From sequence record OM634661.1: 64,000 bases of DNA; one strand, 5' to 3'. Position 1 is the stretch's first letter. Each line of letters begins with the position of its first letter. Below are positions 58,039 to 64,000 of this stretch, in pieces. The notes beneath the pieces were generated by a model, which saw only the letters and a program-made list of their open reading frames with translations, ran no database searches and had not been told where the DNA came from. The translations under genes and the position numbers were made by a program.

Positions 58039-58112
58039 CAAGAGTGACAGGAGTCGAACCTGTAACCAATGGTTTTTTTAGACCACTACTCTACCAATTG
58101 AGCTACACTCTT
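58039..58112 (-). tRNA. tRNA with Trp-like body (A1-U72, G73) and an aberrant 8-nt anticodon loop CUAAAAAA
   Basis: Acceptor AAGAGTG/CACTCTT; D arm GCTC-AATTGGTA-GAGT; anticodon stem GTGGT/ACCAT; T arm ACAGG-TTCGACT-CCTGT; 74 nt; no CCA. Confidence 0.8.
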
Positions 58113-58196
58113 ACGATAAAAGAGCCAGACGCATCCAGCTCTAGTAAGTATGCGCCGCAGCAACATACCGCAATTAATAATGCTTTGATACCTACA

Positions 58197-58308
58197 AAGT
58201 AATTGCTGGGATCGAACCAGCCTCGTTACCAAAAACACTTAATGTGTTAAAGGGAATCGAACCCTTACTCCTCTATGTTTTCACATAGCCACCCTTTCTG
58301 TAATCACT
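58197..58308 (-). ncRNA. tRNA-like RNA or tRNA pseudogene with two T-arms
   Basis: 7-bp closing stem AGTGATT/AATTACT; hairpins CTATGT-GAAA-ACATAG, AAGGG-TTCGATT-CCCTT, AACAC-ATTAA-GTGTT and GCTGG-TTCGATC-CCAGC. Confidence 0.55.
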
Positions 58309-58319
58309 TCATAGGTAAA

Positions 58320-58391
58320 TGGACCTTACAGGATTCGAACCTGTGACCGAGGCGTTATGAGCACCTTGCTCTACCGCTGAGCTAAAGGTCC
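58320..58391 (-). tRNA. tRNA with CAU anticodon, probably tRNA-Ile2 (lysidine type)
   Basis: GGACCTT/AAGGTCC acceptor, loop CTCATAA, A73. The 5' sequence GGACCTTTAGCTCAG matches Bacillus tRNA-Ile2 as I recall it, rather than tRNA-Met. Confidence 0.9.
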
Positions 58392-58424
58392 AAGAATCCG
58401 TATAGATTAATATGAGATAATAAT

Positions 58425-58453
58425 ATATAAACCTATACGGAAAGATATGTCAA
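58425..58453 (-). promoter_or_regulatory. Promoter for the tRNA locus (TTGACA at 58453-58448; AT-rich -10)
   Basis: Perfect -35, overlapped by a 9-bp inverted repeat (58397-58405 / 58433-58441). Confidence 0.55.
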
Positions 58454-58481
58454 TAGTTTGGGAGTAAATTCTATAGATGTT

Positions 58482-58883
58482 TTATTTTAGATTAAAAAGA
58501 TTGTTAGATTTACCGAGCACAGCAGAATACTTTGATTTAATAGAAGAAAGATCTTGATCAAATGATTTTGAAAGAAGATTTAGTTCTTTAACAAATTCAT
58601 TAATAAGATCTGTGACATCATCTTGTTTAGACGAAGCATCAGCTCTTTCATATGTTTGTTCAAAGATATCTGGTTTACATGGGTAGAATTCATTTTGGAT
58701 ACCTCTGATAATGTAATCTCCTGGAGAGATACTCATATTTCCTTCTAAAGTAGAGATGTAATGATTGCCAGAGCTATCTAATTTTAAAGATGGTCCTACA
58801 AATTCTCTGATTTCATGAATATAATATTTTGACAAATCATACTGAATTGCTTCAACGACAACAGGTTTTTTTCTATACTTCAT
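58482..58883 (-). CDS. Conserved phage protein
   Basis: [14 protein letters not shown]...TLEG.M...[26 protein letters not shown]. Confidence 0.8.
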   Translation of the reverse strand: MKYRKKPVVVEAIQYDLSKYYIHEIREFVGPSLKLDSSGNHYISTLEGNMSISPGDYIIRGIQNEFYPCKPDIFEQTYERADASSKQDDVTDLINEFVKELNLLSKSFDQDLSSIKSKYSAVLGKSNNLFNLK

Positions 58884-58887
58884 AAAT

Positions 58888-59049
58888 TCACCTCAATGTT
58901 ATCTGTAAAGAATTTTTTTGAATCCTGTCAATTCTAACAGCAGTTAAATCACTCTTATAGTGATCTATAATAAACTGTCTACATTCTTCAGATGTCTTTG
59001 ATTTAAATAAGATTTCTTCAGTTTTTTTTGAAAGAACTTTGAACTTCAT
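58888..59049 (-). CDS. Hypothetical protein (53 aa; not in the ORF track)
   Basis: [15 protein letters not shown]...; AAGGTG RBS. Confidence 0.45.
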   Translation of the reverse strand: MKFKVLSKKTEEILFKSKTSEECRQFIIDHYKSDLTAVRIDRIQKNSLQITLR

Positions 59050-59065
59050 AAAGAATGACACCTTC

Positions 59066-59188
59066 TTATTTTTTAATCAAATTATCCAAAGCTTTTAAGA
59101 TTTTGTCTAATGATTGCTTGTCTCCCATTTCATCACGATTTGCTTGAATAAAAGAGACAACTAGCATTAAATCTTCCTTCTTAACCAT
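59066..59188 (-). CDS. Hypothetical protein (40 aa)
   Basis: AAGGAGGTG RBS before MVKKEDLML. Confidence 0.55.
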   Translation of the reverse strand: MVKKEDLMLVVSFIQANRDEMGDKQSLDKILKALDNLIKK

Positions 59189-59201
59189 ATGAACACCTCC
59201 T

Positions 59202-59453
59202 TTAAATAAAAAAGAGAAGTTCTTGTAAAGATAGATCAACTTCCCAATTCTCTCCATTATTATTTTCTACATAGATAGTTGCATTTTGAGTTCTTCCATT
59301 AAGATGTAAGATACTTGCATAATGTCCTTGATACATAAACTCTAAATCAATTAGTTCAGATTGAATCTGATCCATTTCTCTAATGATTGAAGCACGTTCT
59401 TTTCTTAATTGAATCAATCTTTCCATCTTTTGATATTCAACTGATTTAGCCAC
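59202..59453 (-). CDS. Hypothetical protein
   Basis: AAGGAG RBS with GTG start. Confidence 0.6.
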   Translation of the reverse strand: MAKSVEYQKMERLIQLRKERASIIREMDQIQSELIDLEFMYQGHYASILHLNGRTQNATIYVENNNGENWEVDLSLQELLFFI

Positions 59454-59464
59454 ATAACCACTCC

Positions 59465-59890
59465 TTATTTAACAATCAATTGAACAGATTCAAACGTTCC
59501 AATATAGTCTTTCTTTTTTGAATCCGAGTAACAATCAATTTGAATGACATAAGTTCCAGAGCCAGTACGCTGACGAATCTTTTTTAAATCAAATGATTTA
59601 AGAGGTGTTGAGGATTTAAAGTATCCTCTGTGTACAAGATTAGTATCTACTAATCCACCGCCAGTTTTCTTTTTATAAATACCAGCTGTATAATAGATTG
59701 TACGAGAACCTTTCTTTTCTGCCTTCCAATCAATTGTAGATGCACCACTATAATAGTGAGTATCATCTGTAAAAATACGTGCTGTATGACCAAAGGCTTC
59801 AGTTTGCCAATTAGACCAGACAGCACTTGCATAAGATGGATTAAAAAACAAAACAGATACAGTTAACAACACAAATAAAAATTTTTTCAA
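59465..59890 (-). CDS. Secreted protein with Sec signal peptide
   Basis: MKKFLFVLLTVSVLFFNPSYASA|VW. Confidence 0.7.
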   Translation of the reverse strand: MKKFLFVLLTVSVLFFNPSYASAVWSNWQTEAFGHTARIFTDDTHYYSGASTIDWKAEKKGSRTIYYTAGIYKKKTGGGLVDTNLVHRGYFKSSTPLKSFDLKKIRQRTGSGTYVIQIDCYSDSKKKDYIGTFESVQLIVK

Positions 59891-59912
59891 TTATATAGTC
59901 TCCTTTTTAAAA

Positions 59913-60680
59913 TCAATTTAAAATTTTAACTTTTACCTTCTGAACACCCCATTGATTTGCTTGTGACTCAGTAGGAACATGAAGGTCAATCTTATGACCT
60001 TTAATTGCGCCACCAGTGTCCGCTGCAACAGCATATCCATATCCTTCAACATAAACGTTAGTGCCTAATGGAATGACGCTAGGATCTACTGCAATGACTT
60101 TTGCTGATCTATCATTGCTTAGGTCTCTTCCTGTAGCTGTAATACCAGTGCATCCAGTGTCACAGAAAGCAGTATATGCAGTTGCAGTCATCATTAGTTC
60201 CTTAGATGAAGAAACATTTTCTCTTGAAACAGAAGCTGTCTTTACATTTCTGACAGTGCTTTGCTTTGGTTTAGAGGAAGCAAGGGCCTCTTTATGCTTT
60301 TTTAAAGATACCTTCTTTTCAAGATCTTTGATCTTAAAGTTTTGATCTTTAATCTTTTTATCCTTCTTCTTCAATTGCATACTTTTCTTTTCTAATTTCT
60401 TTTTGTTTATCTTATTCTCTTTTTCCTTTTGATTTAGATCTGTATTTAGCTCTTTGTTCATTTTATTCAAATCTTCTATTTTCCCTCTTTGTAATTCCAA
60501 GTTTTTATTTTGATCTGTAATTTTAGATTTAAGATCTTCTATAGACTTGTTCATACTATAAGTAATACCAAGTGCAGTTCCTCCAATTAAAAGTGAACTT
60601 GCAATTAATGTACTAGACAAAATGGTAACTTTGGTTTTCGAGGGAGGGCTAATTTTCCCCATCCAATCTTCCTTTCTCAT
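59913..60680 (-). CDS. Membrane-anchored coiled-coil protein with 3D domain (MltA/YocH-like cell-wall enzyme)
   Basis: MTATAYT...GITATG...VIAVDPSVIPLGT.VYVEGYG.AVAADTGGAIKGHKIDL. Confidence 0.9.
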   Translation of the reverse strand: MRKEDWMGKISPPSKTKVTILSSTLIASSLLIGGTALGITYSMNKSIEDLKSKITDQNKNLELQRGKIEDLNKMNKELNTDLNQKEKENKINKKKLEKKSMQLKKKDKKIKDQNFKIKDLEKKVSLKKHKEALASSKPKQSTVRNVKTASVSRENVSSSKELMMTATAYTAFCDTGCTGITATGRDLSNDRSAKVIAVDPSVIPLGTNVYVEGYGYAVAADTGGAIKGHKIDLHVPTESQANQWGVQKVKVKILN

Positions 60681-60786
60681 TGTCAATTTTGATTTTTAAG
60701 GAGACTATTTATTAGTTCTAACGTTAATCATAATACATAGTCAAGATTTAAGGGAAAAAAATCCCATTTGTTACAGTAATGTAATG

Positions 60787-61470
60787 TTAATTTAATATAA
60801 GATCTGATTTTAAATATTCATCTACTTTTTTAAGGGCATTGAACACATCCCATTTAGCTTGATGTATTTGTTTTTTACTTTCTTCTATTCTTAGTAAGTA
60901 TGATGGATGATAAATAGCAATGACTTTTCGATTGTCTTGATCAAACCAAACGCCTTGTTCTTTGGTGATTTTAAAGTCAGGATGAATAATCATCTTAGCT
61001 GCTGTAGAACCAACACAGATAATGACCTTTGGATTAACAAAATTGATTTCATTAGATAAATGAGCGTAACAAGATACAAGTTCTTGTCTTAAAGGATTTC
61101 GATTATTAGGTGGTCGGCATTTAATTGTATTGGTGATATAAAGATCAGATCTTTTCCAACCAATTGCTTCAATTGCTTTATCTAATACATCTCCTCCTTT
61201 TCCGACAAATGGTTCTCCTTGCTCATCCTCATTCCTACCAGGAGCTTCACCAATCATCATAATGTCTGCTGAAAGATTACCTGTTGAAATAACTTTATTT
61301 AGACAAGTCTCACTAAGAGAACATGATTGACAGTTCCTAATATTGTCATCAATAGATACTTTGTTTTTTAATGTAGATAGGAAATCCTCTAAAAGAGAAT
61401 GATCTCCTTCAGGAAAAGAAGAAAGGAGACCACCTTCTAATTTTTCAATTCTCTTCATAAATTCAGACAT
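60787..61470 (-). CDS. Uracil-DNA glycosylase family 4 (Fe-S)
   Basis: CQSCSL, IMMIGEAPGRNED..GEPFVG, YITNTIKCRPPNNRNP, IYHPSYLLR. Confidence 0.92.
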   Translation of the reverse strand: MSEFMKRIEKLEGGLLSSFPEGDHSLLEDFLSTLKNKVSIDDNIRNCQSCSLSETCLNKVISTGNLSADIMMIGEAPGRNEDEQGEPFVGKGGDVLDKAIEAIGWKRSDLYITNTIKCRPPNNRNPLRQELVSCYAHLSNEINFVNPKVIICVGSTAAKMIIHPDFKITKEQGVWFDQDNRKVIAIYHPSYLLRIEESKKQIHQAKWDVFNALKKVDEYLKSDLILN

Positions 61471-61472
61471 AT

Positions 61473-62717
61473 TTACCCACCTTCATTCGGATTAATTTCT
61501 AATAAGTCATATAACGTTTCCTCATCAATTCTGAGTCGATGACAAATGTCTTCTATTAAGAATTTCTTATATTTGTAAGATGAAAGATCTTTGATAAAAG
61601 GCTTAATCTCGTTTATCACTTCGATTCTGATCCTTAATTGTTCTGAATCATACTTTGCTAATGCTTCATGCATGAACATGACATTGGGAAGAAGTGCTTC
61701 ATCTTTAATCTTTTCTTCAATCTCTTTTGGAGACATCTCTTCTTTTTCAAAAGACAAGATTACTTCATCAGGATCTTGATTCTTATATAAGACAATTTTA
61801 ACTTTAAACCCTTCAGCTTCTAAAGCTTTCACTTGTCTTTTAGCTGCATTAATACCTGCGTTATCGCCATCAGGCCATAAGATAATATTTTTTGTATAGT
61901 TAGAAAGAATATCAATATGTTTATCTGTAAGTGATGTTCCCATTGTACTGATGAAAGGAATGTCATTTCTTTGACTGAAAATACAATCTGAAAAACCTTC
62001 ACCAATCACGACATAATCTTTCTCACGAATCATCTTCTTTACGAAATTAAGTCCATAAAAAAGAGATCCTTTATCAAAAATTAAGGAACTAGAAGAATTA
62101 ATATACTTAGGTCCAGGCTTTCCAAGACCTAATTCTTTATGCATATTTCGATAACTAAATCCAATTGTTCTATTTGAAATATCAATTAAAGGGAAAACAA
62201 TTTTATGATGATGCTGACTTTTTAATGTATCAGGAACAGAACCTATTCTGAACTTTTCAATATCAGATTGCGTAAATCCTCTAGAAAATAAATAATTTAA
62301 CAACTGTGTAGAAGATTGAAGATCTTTGTAGAAGAGTCTATTGAGATACAATGCTTCGTCATACATTTTATTTTTTCTTTTATCTTCTTCTGAAAGTTCA
62401 GCTGTTGGAATTTGAATTCCTTTTAAAAGACAAATCTTTCTCACTGCTTCAATAAAAGAACACTTCTCAACCCACATAACAAAAGAAATAACATCTGATC
62501 CTTCTGTAACAGGTTGTTTACCTGCACCACATCCAAAACAACAAAATGTATTGGTTGCTTTAAAAAAGGTAAGAGAAGGAGAATTATCTCCTTTGTGAAT
62601 ACATTTGGCTTGATAAACGGCTCCTATTTCATTAAGCTCAAAATATTCAGAAGCTACATCAAATATAGAAATATTTCTAATATCATTTAAAAATTCATCT
62701 TTAAATAACTTACCCAT
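61473..62717 (-). CDS. dnaG: DnaG-type DNA primase (CHC2 zinc finger plus TOPRIM)
   Basis: CIH..DNSPSL...CFGCG; IVFPL; KYINS; VIGEGFSDC; MGTSLT; WPDGDNAG; DPDE. Confidence 0.92.
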   Translation of the reverse strand: MGKLFKDEFLNDIRNISIFDVASEYFELNEIGAVYQAKCIHKGDNSPSLTFFKATNTFCCFGCGAGKQPVTEGSDVISFVMWVEKCSFIEAVRKICLLKGIQIPTAELSEEDKRKNKMYDEALYLNRLFYKDLQSSTQLLNYLFSRGFTQSDIEKFRIGSVPDTLKSQHHHKIVFPLIDISNRTIGFSYRNMHKELGLGKPGPKYINSSSSLIFDKGSLFYGLNFVKKMIREKDYVVIGEGFSDCIFSQRNDIPFISTMGTSLTDKHIDILSNYTKNIILWPDGDNAGINAAKRQVKALEAEGFKVKIVLYKNQDPDEVILSFEKEEMSPKEIEEKIKDEALLPNVMFMHEALAKYDSEQLRIRIEVINEIKPFIKDLSSYKYKKFLIEDICHRLRIDEETLYDLLEINPNEGG

Positions 62718-62727
62718 CTTTTACACC

Positions 62728-63126
62728 TCAAGAATTTATTAGATTAAATAAATGACTGTCTCTCACCTTTATTTTGACATCTCCCTTGTCAAATACAAAG
62801 CCCATAACAGGTCCATATCTAAACTTACCAGGAACACGAGCAAAACAGTTGTCATAATACAGATGAAGAAGAGTATTCATACTATCTGCATCACTTTTAC
62901 TTTCTCCATAAAAATCAGCAATGACAGGTTGACTATTTGATGATAATTGTAATTGTAGTGTTTTTGTTTCGTAGTGATATAAAGTAATTTGATAATTATC
63001 TCTATGAAATTCCATTCTATAAACTTCTTCGCCACGTCTGTTATGTCTTACAGTATATTCTGTGGCTCCACTTGATTTCTCATCTTTAATTTTATCGTAC
63101 ATATTTTTAATTAGACCAATATTCAT
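62728..63126 (-). CDS. Hypothetical protein
   Basis: AAGGAGG RBS. Confidence 0.65.
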   Translation of the reverse strand: MNIGLIKNMYDKIKDEKSSGATEYTVRHNRRGEEVYRMEFHRDNYQITLYHYETKTLQLQLSSNSQPVIADFYGESKSDADSMNTLLHLYYDNCFARVPGKFRYGPVMGFVFDKGDVKIKVRDSHLFNLINS

Positions 63127-63147
63127 ATGAAATCCTCCTTTAAAATA

Positions 63148-63175
63148 GAAAAAAGAGACTCAAGTGAGCCTCTTC
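63148..63175 (-). terminator. Rho-independent terminator
   Basis: - strand AAGAGGCTCA-CT-TGAGTCTCTT followed by TTTT. Confidence 0.7.
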
Positions 63176-63329
63176 AATCCATGTGTTTCATTAATGATTT
63201 AAAGAACTTAAATAAAGGTCTCATAATGAAAGAGAGAATATTGAAAATCAGTTCGATTATTTCTGATAATAAAATAAATCGAAAGATGGAATCTTCTTTC
63301 TTCTCTCTTCTTCTTTTAACCCTACTCAT
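63174..63329 (-). CDS. Small membrane peptide (51 aa; not in the ORF track)
   Basis: MSRVKRRREKKEDSIFRFILLSEIIELIFNILSFIMRPLFKFF...; ATG immediately follows the upstream TAA. Confidence 0.55.
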   Translation of the reverse strand: MSRVKRRREKKEDSIFRFILLSEIIELIFNILSFIMRPLFKFFKSLMKHMD

Positions 63330-63863
63330 TTAAGCCTCTGTTTTTTGTCGATGAATCTCTTCTTTGATACGTTTTTCAGGGGCGAATTTCTCTTCCCAGT
63401 GAGGTGGCTTTTGAATCTTGCCATCTTCTTCTCTATATCTAGGTTTTCCATCTTCCCAAAGTTTACCCATATTTGCATCTTGAACAATTTGAAATAGTGG
63501 ACTAATATTTGTACCAGCTACAACAGCTGTTCCATATGCAAAATATAGCGTATCAACAATAGCATCCATCTGACCAACTAATACATCTTCAACTGGATCT
63601 GCTTTGTCTTCAATCTTTTGGACAGTCTTATCAATGCCTTTTTTAAGTTCATTGACAAAGTGTTTAAACTCATCCATATCACCAGCTGATGTTGCATATA
63701 AAAATTCAACAACTTCTTCTGCTGTCCATACTGCACGAGGAAGTGCAACCTCTTTTGGAATTGCTTTTGGTTTCTCCTCTACAATATGACCAAAGGCTTC
63801 ATGAAACTCTCCTACAAGTTTCTGATGCCCTTTTAATTCTTCTACAAAATTCGATTTACTCAA
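63330..63863 (-). CDS. MazG-like/PRA-PH nucleoside triphosphate pyrophosphohydrolase
   Basis: VGEFHEAFG...EEVVEF...DAIVDTLYFAYG...VQDANMGK...REEDGKIQKP; TTG start after GGAGAGG. Confidence 0.85.
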   Translation of the reverse strand: MSKSNFVEELKGHQKLVGEFHEAFGHIVEEKPKAIPKEVALPRAVWTAEEVVEFLYATSAGDMDEFKHFVNELKKGIDKTVQKIEDKADPVEDVLVGQMDAIVDTLYFAYGTAVVAGTNISPLFQIVQDANMGKLWEDGKPRYREEDGKIQKPPHWEEKFAPEKRIKEEIHRQKTEA

Positions 63864-64000
63864 TATGATAATCCCCTCTCCAAAAACTCTATTTATATAA
63901 AATCCATTTTGACTAGCAAAAGTCAAGAGATTAGATGATCATTTTCAAATTCTCTCTTACTTCTTTGATATAATCATTTTCTTCAATATGAAATCTTGAA

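Noticed and set aside
58320-58391. tRNA-Met assignment for the CAU tRNA
   Set aside because: There is no C1:A72 mismatch or three G-C anticodon-stem pairs (so not initiator), and the acceptor and loop sequence fit Bacillus tRNA-Ile2 better.
63174-63329. Possible programmed +1 frameshift at TTT-CGA in the small membrane-peptide gene
   Set aside because: A careful recount shows one continuous 51-codon ORF, so no frameshift is needed.
1-64000. CRISPR array, retron/DGR, integrase or IS element
   Set aside because: I saw no regularly spaced repeats, reverse transcriptase, recombinase or transposase motifs, so lifestyle (temperate versus lytic) cannot be called from this window.

Overview
AT-rich, densely coding segment of a large Bacillus phage (or phage-plasmid/prophage) genome. 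The host is probably in the B. subtilis group, inferred from an XlyA-type cell-wall-binding domain and a PghP-type poly-gamma-glutamate hydrolase. 1-25.3 kb (+): tail, fibre and baseplate-type virion genes. 25.3-27.4 kb (+): lysis cassette with two holins, an ECF S-component-like membrane protein and an M15 endolysin. 27.6-43.1 kb (+): recombination, replication and regulation genes (RHH, Rad52-like SSAP, AEP primase, DnaB-like helicase split by a group I intron, PIN-PhoH, Cas4-like nuclease, ClpP, RuvC-like resolvase, sigma factor). 43.1-64 kb (mostly -): Cas4-like nuclease, PghP, SNF2 helicase, Tmk, Panacea antitoxin, tRNA locus, 3D-domain protein, UDG, DnaG and a MazG-like enzyme. The most notable signals are non-coding. 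They are an ORF-free, heavily base-paired RNA gene of about 830 nt with its own promoter and terminator (55.6-56.4 kb), a group I intron in the helicase Walker A motif, a tRNA with an 8-nt anticodon loop, a tRNA-like RNA with two T-arms, an sRNA of about 100 nt, and a recurring TTGACA-N11/12-AGTGG promoter motif. All product calls come from motif recognition by eye; no database searches were run.
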